DNA from: Gemmatimonadota bacterium
GTDB taxonomy: Bacteria; Gemmatimonadota; Gemmatimonadetes; Gemmatimonadales; Gemmatimonadaceae
DNA length: 64,000 nucleotides
Reading direction: 5' to 3'
Assembly (NCBI GenBank): GCA_040389905.1
Contig: JAZJZK010000014.1
Coordinates: 160,001 to 224,000 of the forward strand
The position numbers and the translations under genes are program-made. A model generated the notes under the pieces. It was not told where the DNA came from. It ran no database searches and saw only the letters and a list, made by a program, of their open reading frames with translations. Every line of letters starts with the position of its first letter. Positions within the stretch are counted from its first letter, which is position 1. This document shows positions 1 to 8,894 of this stretch, one piece after another.

Positions 1-981
1 GCGTCGACCATCGCGACTGACGCCGCGCAGTCACTGATCGTCGGAGAGGTCAACCGCAAGCTCGGCACCGGCGTTGTTGGCGAAGCGATCACCAATACCG
101 TCGTGAGCTTTCAGCGATCGTACACGGAGGCTATCCGCGACTACCGGCAGCCTCCTGCCGATTGGCAACCACGCATCGGTACGTTGAGCTGCATTGACCT
201 GTGCTCGATCATGCTCCCGCACTATGTGAGCACGAGCAGCGTGGGCCACGTCACAGGCGCAGATGGCACGGTGCTGTGGGGCGACTATTCACGCGGCTCC
301 TTCGAGAAGGCGGCGGAGGATGGCCAGATTTTCGCGCCACCGTGCGAAGCGCTCGAGCGCGCGCTCTGCCAGTCGGCGCTCGGCGTTGCGGACTTCCCGA
401 GCGAGTGGCCGGCGCGAGTCGCAGAGCTGGCCGCGCGCCGACCCGACACCTACCGTGCGATGATCGATTCCTACAATCGTGCCTGCGCAGCCTCCCCCGA
501 CGCAACCCGCGCGTTGGCTGCCAGCGCACTGCGGAAATTCAGCGACCCGCCAGCCGAGTCGCGGTTCCTGTCTGACCAACCAACCAGATCACAATCGAGT
601 GGTACAAGGGCGGGCGCCCTGATCCACGCTTTAACACTTCGGCGCTATTCGCCCAATGGTGACTTCGGGGCGCCGATGGAGGTGGATTTCAGCCCACAGA
701 TGTCCAGTCTGCTCCGTCCCTCCCTGCTTCAGGTCTTCAACCGGCGGGCACTCGTTCTCTCGTGCTACTATCAGGATCGGAATCCACGCCTGATGAACAG
801 CGTGCACTATTGGTACGACAGTGCGCCCGCCACTTCTGATGAACTTCGCGCCATCCATGAATTCCATCCGCTCCTGCGGATCGGTGCGGCGCGACGATCC
901 TGCCCCGGGACCCTCGATGAGGCGCACGGAACACAATTCGAGTACATCACGAGGGATCAAGCGCAAATCGTGAAGGCGTAA
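1..981 (+). CDS. Hypothetical protein, 5'-truncated at the window edge
   Basis: Frame +1 is open from base 1 (ASTIATDAAQSLIVGEVNRKLG...) to TAA at 979-981. No recognisable family motif. Confidence 0.6.
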   Translation, partial: ASTIATDAAQSLIVGEVNRKLGTGVVGEAITNTVVSFQRSYTEAIRDYRQPPADWQPRIGTLSCIDLCSIMLPHYVSTSSVGHVTGADGTVLWGDYSRGSFEKAAEDGQIFAPPCEALERALCQSALGVADFPSEWPARVAELAARRPDTYRAMIDSYNRACAASPDATRALAASALRKFSDPPAESRFLSDQPTRSQSSGTRAGALIHALTLRRYSPNGDFGAPMEVDFSPQMSSLLRPSLLQVFNRRALVLSCYYQDRNPRLMNSVHYWYDSAPATSDELRAIHEFHPLLRIGAARRSCPGTLDEAHGTQFEYITRDQAQIVKA

Positions 982-1215
982 CGAGAAGAGCCCCCGGGCG
1001 TCGGAATACCTGCGGACCGACGAGCATGCGGCACGCGGTTAGCCGACCGCAAAGCCTCGCGAGCGCTAATGCGCGAGGAACGGAATGCGCGCGGTGCCCA
1101 ACGCCGCGTTCGTCCGGGCGTTCACCAGATCGACGGTGCTCCACGCTGCGGCGGGGATGATGAGCGTCGGGGAGGGCGCGAGTGATGTCCGTTGACGCGC
1201 ATGGTTCTGTCGGCC

Positions 1216-2964
1216 CTATCGAACATCGGGCAAGCTCACGGGGAAGTAGGCGCTGACCCGCGTCCCGGTGCTGGTGTTGGATTCGATCTGCAGCCCGCCT
1301 CCCGAACTCGCCATGACGCCGTACACGACGGAGAGCCCCAGTCCACGCCCTTCGGACAGGTCGTGCGTCGTGAAGAACGGCTCGCAGGCCCTCGCGAGGG
1401 AATCGGGCGCGATGCCGCAGCCGGCGTCCTCGACCTCGAGCACGGAGTACCGGCCCGGGGGCGGCGCGAGCGTCATCCCGTCGTGGGTCGCGGCTCGGGT
1501 ATCGTCATGAACTCGGATCGTGATCCGGCCGCCCTCCGGGCTGGCCTCGATGGCGTTCGAGACCAACTCCCGCAGGACCGCGGCGGCGGAGCTCGGCGCG
1601 ACGATCGCCTGACCACCCATCTCGTCAACCTCCCAAGCCATCTCGCGGGATCCGGCCGCCTGACCAACCAGCTCGCGCTGCGCCCGAACGGCTTCACGGA
1701 GCGAACTGTGCTCGGCGTCGAACGGGCGGTGGCCGCTGGCGAGGAGTAGGCGAGAGGCCAAGCCGGATGCCAGCCGCGCCGACTCGCCGATCTCTTGGCC
1801 GCTGGTGCGCAACTCCTCGTTCGAACCAGCCACGTCCACGACGAGCTCGGAGTTCATGAGTACGACGCCCATCAGATTGTTGATGACATGGGCGATGCCG
1901 CCGGCCAGCCGTCTCATCAGTTGCAGGCGTTCCGTCTGCTGCCGCTGCAGGGTCGCCGCCTCTTCGCGTGCGAAGCGCAGAATGACCGTTGTCGCGCCGA
2001 CCACTCGCGCCAGAAGCAGCAGGGCCATGGCGCCAAGGCCGACCGCCAGGGGGAATAGCGCCGGATCCGAGGGATGGCGCGTGGAGAGAACGAGCAAGGC
2101 ACTCACTCCGACGATCGCGGCCATCGGCAGCGGATTGAACGCCCGCACCTGCTCCGGCAGGAGCGGGATGTCGCTATTGGGTTGCGGGTCCCTCAGGAAG
2201 AACACCCCCGCGAACAGGAAAGCAAGGTAGTCTACGAAGAAGAGGCTGTTCGGCACGCGGAAATCAGCGCTCTGTCGGCCGAGGGCGTACTGCATGGCGA
2301 CCAGATACGTCGTCTCGATGATGATCGTGGCCGCGAGGCACCACACGGCGCGGCGGAGCGCTCGCCTCGGACCGCGGACCAGGATCAGGTTGAGGGCGAC
2401 CAGATTGGCCGCCGCCATGGCGTTGAACGCCAGCAACTGGAGCCGCGCCGCACGCGGCGCGTGGGCGAAGCCCGGCAGCGTCCAGACCGCGAAGATGGCC
2501 AGTGCCAGCCCGCCAACCGCGATGGCCGTGTCCGTCCCGAACTGCCACGCTGCGCCACGCCCGAGCCGCACCAGCGGGATCCTGAGCAGTGCGGCGATGC
2601 CAAGTGCCCAGATGATGACGTTCGAAACGACGCTGATGCCAGGCACCTGGGGGGTGGGTACACCGAGCGACGTAAGCAGGCGGACCAGGTTCCCGAGCAC
2701 CGCCAGCCCGATGCTCCCCACCAGCAGGGCCAGGGCCTGCCGCAGCCGAATGTCGAGGTCGCCCCGGCGCGCGGCTCCTGCCAGCAGCACCGCTGGCACG
2801 CCCATCACCAGCACGGCGGCCATCGTCCCGCCGGCATCGCCCTGCAGCGGTCCGAACGGGACCAGCCACGGCAGCAGGACGAGCACCAAGAGAACGGCGG
2901 TGGCGAGTACCAGCCATCTTTGCTCGCGCATAGACCGGCGGTGCTTGGTCGTGGAGAGGTTCAT
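1216..2964 (-). CDS. Membrane-bound sensor histidine kinase (multi-TM sensor + HisKA + HATPase)
   Basis: Many TM segments. H-box RRLAGGIAHVINN, N-box ELVSNA, G1 EDAGCGI, F-box EPFFTT, G2 GRGLGLS. Start uncertain (2931, 2964 or 3039). Confidence 0.88.
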   Translation of the reverse strand: MNLSTTKHRRSMREQRWLVLATAVLLVLVLLPWLVPFGPLQGDAGGTMAAVLVMGVPAVLLAGAARRGDLDIRLRQALALLVGSIGLAVLGNLVRLLTSLGVPTPQVPGISVVSNVIIWALGIAALLRIPLVRLGRGAAWQFGTDTAIAVGGLALAIFAVWTLPGFAHAPRAARLQLLAFNAMAAANLVALNLILVRGPRRALRRAVWCLAATIIIETTYLVAMQYALGRQSADFRVPNSLFFVDYLAFLFAGVFFLRDPQPNSDIPLLPEQVRAFNPLPMAAIVGVSALLVLSTRHPSDPALFPLAVGLGAMALLLLARVVGATTVILRFAREEAATLQRQQTERLQLMRRLAGGIAHVINNLMGVVLMNSELVVDVAGSNEELRTSGQEIGESARLASGLASRLLLASGHRPFDAEHSSLREAVRAQRELVGQAAGSREMAWEVDEMGGQAIVAPSSAAAVLRELVSNAIEASPEGGRITIRVHDDTRAATHDGMTLAPPPGRYSVLEVEDAGCGIAPDSLARACEPFFTTHDLSEGRGLGLSVVYGVMASSGGGLQIESNTSTGTRVSAYFPVSLPDVR

Positions 2965-3492
2965 GTACCCCGGCGTCGGCGTGCCGCCGAAGGCGTCGGT
3001 GCACTCTTTATGCCCATCCGAGTATCTGGGGGAGCCCACGACGCGTCACGCCTCGGGGCGGACGGCTTTCCATCGCCGTTGGCCGAGGCGACTGGAATGT
3101 AGGCGACTTGCGAGACGACGCTGGGCTTCCTAACGAGTGCCATGGTGCTTCTCTTGGATTGATTGATCCGAGGCCATTTATCCGTCTCGTCATCGTGGAG
3201 AGCAGGCGCAGCCCTTGGATGGAGCGATCGTTTCAGGTTCGTTGTACAAAAGGCTCGGCATCTCTGCGGCCACCCGCCAGTGTGGGCCGGCCACGAGCCC
3301 GAAACCCAGCATGATGAAGAGGGTCAGCGCGCGCCCCCGATAGCCCAGCGGCCTGCGGTCAGGTAACGCCTCCCCCTAGCGGCAATTCACCACCTTGGAG
3401 AAGGAATTCCCGCGCCGACTCTGAGTTCGACTCGGCTCAGTGAAGAGCTGCTTCAAGGCACGTAACCGTAGGAAGGGCTTCGCCTTACGATC

Positions 3493-3534
3493 CATCGGGA
3501 CGACGGGATTTGAACCCGCGACCCCCTGAACCCC
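3493..3534 (-). repeat. Duplicated 3' half of tRNA-Pro (att-like direct repeat of 6433-6474)
   Basis: catcgggacgacgggatttgaacccgcgaccccctgaacccc matches 6433-6474 at 41/42 positions and ends at the anticodon loop. Confidence 0.92.
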
Positions 3535-3610
3535 TAATTCTGGCTAGGATGCTTCGGCATTTCCGGGATGGTATATGCCAAGACACCGGATGCGATCAGA
3601 TCGCCACCCG

Positions 3611-3664
3611 CCATAGGGGGATAGCCAGAAACCATGAGGGGATCGGCAGCCACCATGGGGGGAG
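3611..3664 (+). repeat. Three 12-bp direct repeats CCATRRGGGGAK with 21-bp period
   Basis: ccatagggggat 3611, ccatgaggggat 3632, ccatggggggag 3653. Confidence 0.6.
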
Positions 3665-3688
3665 AGGTCCTCCTGCGCGCCACAGCGC

Positions 3689-6070
3689 TCATCGCACCTT
3701 CAGCCGCTTCATGATGGCCTGGATGCGGGGGTCGGACCGAATGGAAGCGTAGAGCGAGTCCTCGAGCGAAAAACCGATCCCACCGACGTTCGAGGCAGCG
3801 CCCTTCACCAACCACTGGATCGCCGGCTCCCGATCGCCAAGCCTCATGAACGCGTTTGCGATCAGATCTTCCCGAACGTACTCCGTGTTCGAACGCATGA
3901 GCGCCTGACGCAGCGCGTCACGCCCGCCCGACGTGTCGCCCGCAAGAATGAGGTTGACGGCAAGGTACGCGAGATCCCGGCCACTCGGCGTGGGACCGGC
4001 CCAGCGCCGCCACGCGGCGGCAGCTCCTCGTCCGTCGTTTGCGGCTTGGTTCCGACGGGCTTCGCACTCGGCTGCCAGCCGTTCCTGTATGCGCGCGGCA
4101 CGCACGCATAGCACGCGCGCGCTGTCCGGTGACAGTTTCGCGAAATCGAGCGAAATGAAAAACGGGTTCCAAACACCAAACGAAAGTGGGTTGAGCCGCT
4201 GCGCCCGCTGCTCGACCGCGTGCGCGGAGTCCGGTAGATGCAGATAGTGGGTGAGAAGGAAAGGGTACCACGCGCCAGCCGCTACGTTGGCGGAATCCAT
4301 TTTCAGGGACTGCTCCAGCTGCTTTGATGCCGCAGCTGGATCATTTCCGTACGTCATCGACCACAAGCCCACCTGCGCATGCGCATCGGCAAGGGTGGGG
4401 TCGAGCGCCAGCGCACGTTCGGCAGCGCGACGTGCTTGCGGACCAGCCGTCGCCGCCGACACGAAGTCATCGGAACTGTAGCCCCACGCCTCGGCCAGCG
4501 CGGCCCACGCGTCGGCGTATGTCGAATCGAGCGCGATCGCGGCTTCCGCGTGCGAAGTGGCGGACGCGAGCGAGGCGGCCGTGAACTCGTCCGTCTCGAA
4601 TCGCGCACGTTGGACCAGTTGGTGCGCCTCGTTGTTGCGCGTTCCGCGCGCCCGCACGGCGGTGGTGGTCGCGGGCGACAGCGAGAGGTTGAGGGCGCCC
4701 GTAATGGCGGAAACGAGCTTGTCCTGAAGCGCGAACTGATCCTGGTCGCTCGCCTCGAAGGCCTCCGACCAGAGGAGGTCGTCGTTCGCGGCATTGACGA
4801 GTGACGCGGTCGCGCGGAGCTGCGTCCCGGACCGCGCGATCCTCACCATCACAATCGCCCCGACGCCAAGTTCCTTCCCCGCCTCGCGCACGGTGCGCCC
4901 ATGCATGACGCTCAACGGCGAGTAGGCCCGCACCGAGAGCCCCGGAATCTTCGACAGCTTGGTGGTCAGGTCGCTCGACAGCCCGTCAGCGAGAAAGGCA
5001 TGTGCTGTGTCTGCGCCGATGTCCGTCGGCAGCACGGCAATGCTACGCGGTTTCGCCGCACCGGCGATTCGCGTGGCGAGAAGCCAACTCGCGATCACGA
5101 TGACAACGACCACCGCCGCGATCACGCCCCACCGAAGCGAACCGCCACGAGACGCGTGGCTCGACCGTGCCAACGCCGTGGGCGGTTGCGCGCCGGTCGG
5201 CGACATTCCCCCATTCGGCGTCGTGATGTCGTCCAACGCGTGAACCACCTCGCTCGCGGTCTGCGGCCGGTCGGCCGGCCGTTTCTCCAGGCAACGCATC
5301 ACCAGCGCCGCGAGCGCGGGGGGCAACGTGGCGCGCCGGTTGCTGATCGCCTCGGGCACTTCGGTCACGTGCGCCGCCAGCACGTGCTGTGGCGTGCGGC
5401 CCGCGAAGGGCGGCTGCCCCGTCAGCAGTTCATATGCGAGCACGCCGAACGAATAGATGTCCGCGCGATGGTCGACACTGGGATCGGCGCTCGCCTGCTC
5501 GGGCGACATGTACGCCGGCGTGCCAAGCGCCACACCGTGCGAGGTGATGCTGCTGTGCTCCACTTTGCTCGAAGCGCTTAGCGCCTTCGCGACGCCGAAG
5601 TCCGTCACCATCGCGCTGCCACCAGAGAGTAGCACGTTGTCGGGCTTGATGTCGCGGTGCACGATTCCGTGGGCGTGCGCATAGGAGAGCGCGGACGCGA
5701 TCTCGCGCATCATGCGAATGGCATGGTTGACGGGCAACTCGCCGTGCCGCGCGAGGCGAACCCGCAGCGACTCGCCGTCCACGAAGGGCATCGTAAAGTA
5801 CGGCAAGCCGTTCGAGTCGCCCGCCGTGAGCAGCGGCACGATGTGTGGATGTTGGAGCCTGGCCGCAAGGAGAATCTCGCGCTTGAAACGTTCGAGTGAG
5901 ACCTGCGCGGCGGTTTCGGGCGGGAGCACCTTGATCACGACCTTGCGGTCGAGGGCGGTCTCTTCGGCGACGAACACGCGCGACATCCCACCGCCGCCGA
6001 GTTCGCGTTCAAGCGCGAAGCTTCCGCTCAGGGTCGCTTGAATCTGGTCGCGTAGATCAGAAGAAGGCAG
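3689..6070 (-). CDS. Hanks-type Ser/Thr protein kinase with TM helix, TolB-like domain and TPR repeats
   Basis: ELGGGGMS glycine loop, VVIK, HRDIKPDN, DFG, GTPAYMSPEQ; TM segment WGVIAAVVVVIVIASW; SIAVLP...LADGLSSDL. The frame extends past the ORF-track ATG (5986) to CTG 6070. Confidence 0.92.
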   Translation of the reverse strand: MPSSDLRDQIQATLSGSFALERELGGGGMSRVFVAEETALDRKVVIKVLPPETAAQVSLERFKREILLAARLQHPHIVPLLTAGDSNGLPYFTMPFVDGESLRVRLARHGELPVNHAIRMMREIASALSYAHAHGIVHRDIKPDNVLLSGGSAMVTDFGVAKALSASSKVEHSSITSHGVALGTPAYMSPEQASADPSVDHRADIYSFGVLAYELLTGQPPFAGRTPQHVLAAHVTEVPEAISNRRATLPPALAALVMRCLEKRPADRPQTASEVVHALDDITTPNGGMSPTGAQPPTALARSSHASRGGSLRWGVIAAVVVVIVIASWLLATRIAGAAKPRSIAVLPTDIGADTAHAFLADGLSSDLTTKLSKIPGLSVRAYSPLSVMHGRTVREAGKELGVGAIVMVRIARSGTQLRATASLVNAANDDLLWSEAFEASDQDQFALQDKLVSAITGALNLSLSPATTTAVRARGTRNNEAHQLVQRARFETDEFTAASLASATSHAEAAIALDSTYADAWAALAEAWGYSSDDFVSAATAGPQARRAAERALALDPTLADAHAQVGLWSMTYGNDPAAASKQLEQSLKMDSANVAAGAWYPFLLTHYLHLPDSAHAVEQRAQRLNPLSFGVWNPFFISLDFAKLSPDSARVLCVRAARIQERLAAECEARRNQAANDGRGAAAAWRRWAGPTPSGRDLAYLAVNLILAGDTSGGRDALRQALMRSNTEYVREDLIANAFMRLGDREPAIQWLVKGAASNVGGIGFSLEDSLYASIRSDPRIQAIMKRLKVR

Positions 6071-6375
6071 GCGTCACTTCGAAATTGAGGAGGGTACGAA
6101 GTTAGCCCTGCATCACCGCGTCGGCGAACGGTCTGCATGCAGCATCGGCTGTGAGACCAGTGGTCTACGACGGCACGTGCTCGGGCACGAGTTGAAGGGG
6201 TCGCGATTGTGTCGCTTGCGTCGAGGATCGGGCGCTCTCCGGAGACCGCTGCGGGCACGCGGCCCCCATCTGATGTGGCAGCCAATTCTCCCGTCCCAGG
6301 GCTGTCGAGTAAGTGTCTGTGCTAAAATGGTTTACAGCGTGCTCAACGCGGGGGATGAAGCACACAGGGCTCCCC

Positions 6376-6409
6376 GAAACGAGAACGGCGACCAAGAGAG
6401 GTCGCCGTT
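6376..6409 (-). terminator. Intrinsic terminator downstream of tRNA-Pro
   Basis: Stem aacggcgacc (6384-6393) / ggtcgccgtt (6400-6409), followed on the minus strand by CTCGTTTC. Confidence 0.6.
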
Positions 6410-6434
6410 AGTCGTGCTGTAGCAATGTGCGACA

Positions 6435-6508
6435 TCGGGACGGCGGGATTTGAACCCGCGACCCCCTGAACCCCATTCAGGTGCGCTACCGGGCTGCGCT
6501 ACGTCCCG
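6435..6508 (-). tRNA. tRNA-Pro(GGG), CCA not encoded
   Basis: Full cloverleaf: acceptor CGGGACG/CGTCCCG, D arm GCGC/GCGC, anticodon arm CCTGA-ATGGGGT-TCAGG, T arm GCGGG-TTCAAAT-CCCGC. Confidence 0.97.
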
Positions 6509-6597
6509 TCCGCCAATTTCTCGGACAGACTTGGAACCTAGTCACCGAGCCCGACCCGAACAAGGCGCGGTCCCACGCTCTGCGCGACTGTTTGGCG

Positions 6598-6651
6598 GCG
6601 GAAAGTGCAGGCTCTTCGCTGCGCTCAGGGCGACAAAACGAGCGGAAAGTG
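6598..6651 (+). repeat. REP-like element family A (GTGCRGGYYCTTCG..GCTCAGGRCGACAAAACG)
   Basis: Related copies at 8849, 10222, 10314, 10379, 15185 and 25061. This copy is flanked by a GCGGAAAGTG direct repeat. Confidence 0.75.
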
Positions 6652-6652
6652 A

Positions 6653-8833
6653 TCAGAACTCGAGACGCACGCCGCCATTGATGACGCGACCATCGAGCGG
6701 CGCCCACGCGTCGGTCGTCCAGCGCCCTCCTTCACCGCGCGTTGGACGCACGAAGGGCTGATAGCTGCTCAGCCTCACGTCACCCAGATTCTCCAGGTTG
6801 ACGAACAACCGCGCCCGCCCAACACGCCGCTCCGCGATCGCCCCGAAGAGCGCATACCGTTTGCTCTCCGAGAGAAACGGGTTGTCCTCCAGTGCCTGCG
6901 CGCCGGTGTAATAGAACTCGAGCCCGACGCGTCCCTGACCCTCCGCCTCCCAGACCGCCGTCACGCCGGCGGCGTGGCGCGGCGTGAGCGGCACTGTGCG
7001 ACTGGTGCGCCCGTCTGGCGCCTCTTCCCGCGACCGAATGAAGGTGTACGTCGCCGTCGTTGCGAAATTGCCACGACGGTGACGGAGCAACATGTCAGCG
7101 CCGGCGGTGGTGGTCGGCTCGTCGGCATTCACCAGTTCGAGCGCGTTCGCGTCGCCTGCGGGAACACGTACGGCAAGTGCATCGCGTATCCGCGACGCGA
7201 AGAGGGTGCCGTTCATCTCGAACGCGCCGATCGTGCCGCCGACGTCCGCAGACGCGCCGAGTGCTCGTTCGACCGTGAGAGCGCCGAGTGAGCGAAGGGG
7301 GGTGAGGCCGGTTGCTTCGGTCTCCTCGGTGAGTGGTGTCGGAGCGAAGGTACCAGTGCCGATCGAGAGGCGCGTCGTCCAGCCGTCACCCGACCGTATC
7401 AGCGCTGAGATTCTCGGGTTGAAGGACGCGCCGTACTTGCTGTGCACGTCGAGTCGACCGCTCGCCGATAGAGACATTCTGCTCGTGGCGTCGAGGTCGA
7501 ACTGCGCGAAGAGAGCGGGCGTCGTATAGCGATAGTCGAAACGCGAGACGTCGGTCGCAACATAGCCGTCGTGCTGGATTGCGACGCCGAATACTGACGT
7601 GCCAGCGCCGTGCGCCGTGGAGAGGGAGATCTCGCCGAACAGCGTTTCGTGACGATCACGCTCGCGGACGCTGCCGAACTGGTGATCGTGCCACTGCCCG
7701 GTCACGGAGGTCCGGGCGCTGAGGATTCCGCTGCCGAATGGCACTCGTGCGACGCTGCCGAGGTCCACCCGTCGCGTGTCGAGTTCCTCGGCATACGGAG
7801 CACCGTTCGGCGCCGTGCGTGCGCCAATGGTTCCGCCGCGCCGATCTTCGACTGTGGTACCGACGGTGAACAACGCAGACTGTCCATTCTCCCCGGACCA
7901 GAAGAGCCGGGGACGGAGGACGGCTCGTTCGTAGCCGGGCATGTCGGTCCACCCATCATTGTCGACATCGGTACGTTGCTGCCGATGGGCGCTGCCGAGC
8001 AGGGTGTATCCCCACTGCGCATCCAGCTGCCCGGATGACCAGAGCACGGCGTCGGTGCCGTTCCGCGTGGTCTGGTTCAAGAGCAGCTCACGCTCCCCTT
8101 CGACGGACGGACGACGCGTGACGAGATCCACGACGCCGCCGAGTGCGGCCGATCCATACAGTGCGGATGCGACGCCCTTGATGATCTCCACCTGCGCGAG
8201 ATCCATGGGTGGGATCTGGAGAAGACCGAGCGCGCCGGTCTGGCCACCATAGAGGGGAAGACCGTCGGAGAGCATCAGCGTGTAACGGCCGCGAAGGCCC
8301 TGGACACGCACGCTCGCGCCACCGAGGGACGGGCTGGTTGACTGGACACGAAGTCCACCGGTTTCGTTGAGCATCATGCTGATGTCGCCCGGGGTCATCA
8401 GCATCTTCTCCTCGATCTCCTCACGCGCGAGCACTTCGACGCGCAGTGGGGTGTCTTCGATGCGGCGTTCGGAGCGCGTGGCGGTAACGACGATGTCGTC
8501 GAGGCCCGCGGCCTGGGGGTCCAGCTGGATGGTAAGTGTGGTATCCGCGCTCGCGCGCAGGACCACGGTGACGGTTTCGGGGGTGAAGCCAAGGCGTGAC
8601 GCGATGAGCTGATGCGCTCCGCCTGGCAGGCGCAGGGTCGCGACGCCATTGGATTGGGTCGAGCTGGACGCGGTGCCTGCGCGAACAAGCACGGACACGA
8701 GGGGCAGCGTGTCATGCAACACATGAACGCGCACGACGGCGGCGCTGTCGGTGACGTGAGGAACGGGGACCTGTGCGTTCAGCGCTGCGCCCATGGAGAG
8801 CAGCGAAAGAACGAGAGCGATGCGTATGCGCAT
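6653..8833 (-). CDS. TonB-dependent receptor
   Basis: Signal peptide, carboxypeptidase-regulatory-like domain, DDIVVTATRSERR TonB box, plug motif VEIIKGVASALYGSAALGGVV, C-terminal Phe. Confidence 0.95.
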   Translation of the reverse strand: MRIRIALVLSLLSMGAALNAQVPVPHVTDSAAVVRVHVLHDTLPLVSVLVRAGTASSSTQSNGVATLRLPGGAHQLIASRLGFTPETVTVVLRASADTTLTIQLDPQAAGLDDIVVTATRSERRIEDTPLRVEVLAREEIEEKMLMTPGDISMMLNETGGLRVQSTSPSLGGASVRVQGLRGRYTLMLSDGLPLYGGQTGALGLLQIPPMDLAQVEIIKGVASALYGSAALGGVVDLVTRRPSVEGERELLLNQTTRNGTDAVLWSSGQLDAQWGYTLLGSAHRQQRTDVDNDGWTDMPGYERAVLRPRLFWSGENGQSALFTVGTTVEDRRGGTIGARTAPNGAPYAEELDTRRVDLGSVARVPFGSGILSARTSVTGQWHDHQFGSVRERDRHETLFGEISLSTAHGAGTSVFGVAIQHDGYVATDVSRFDYRYTTPALFAQFDLDATSRMSLSASGRLDVHSKYGASFNPRISALIRSGDGWTTRLSIGTGTFAPTPLTEETEATGLTPLRSLGALTVERALGASADVGGTIGAFEMNGTLFASRIRDALAVRVPAGDANALELVNADEPTTTAGADMLLRHRRGNFATTATYTFIRSREEAPDGRTSRTVPLTPRHAAGVTAVWEAEGQGRVGLEFYYTGAQALEDNPFLSESKRYALFGAIAERRVGRARLFVNLENLGDVRLSSYQPFVRPTRGEGGRWTTDAWAPLDGRVINGGVRLEF

Positions 8834-8848
8834 GCGCTCAAAGCTACA

Positions 8849-8887
8849 AAGGTGCGGGTCCTTCGCTTCGCTCAGGACGACAAAACG
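8849..8887 (+). repeat. REP-like element family A
   Basis: aaggtgcgggtccttcgcttcgctcaggacgacaaaacg. Confidence 0.75.
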
Positions 8888-8894
8888 GGGGGAA

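Larger units (their letters stand above)
3493..6474. mobile_element. Integrase-less genomic islet inserted in tRNA-Pro
   Basis: Bounded by the intact tRNA and its duplicated 3' half (offset 2940 bp). Cargo is one kinase gene; no integrase seen. Confidence 0.65.

Noticed and set aside
975..1045. attC-like site (GCGTAAC...GTTAGCC) after the first ORF
   Set aside because: The left box deviates from RYYYAAC, internal pairing is poor, it is a single copy, and no integron integrase is present.
2965..3490. Short ORFs between the histidine kinase and the att-like repeat
   Set aside because: Several overlapping 60-68-aa frames with no motif and no way to choose among them; possibly decayed sequence.
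3493..3560. Second functional tRNA-Pro
   Set aside because: Only the 3' half matches; the D arm and 5' acceptor strand are absent.
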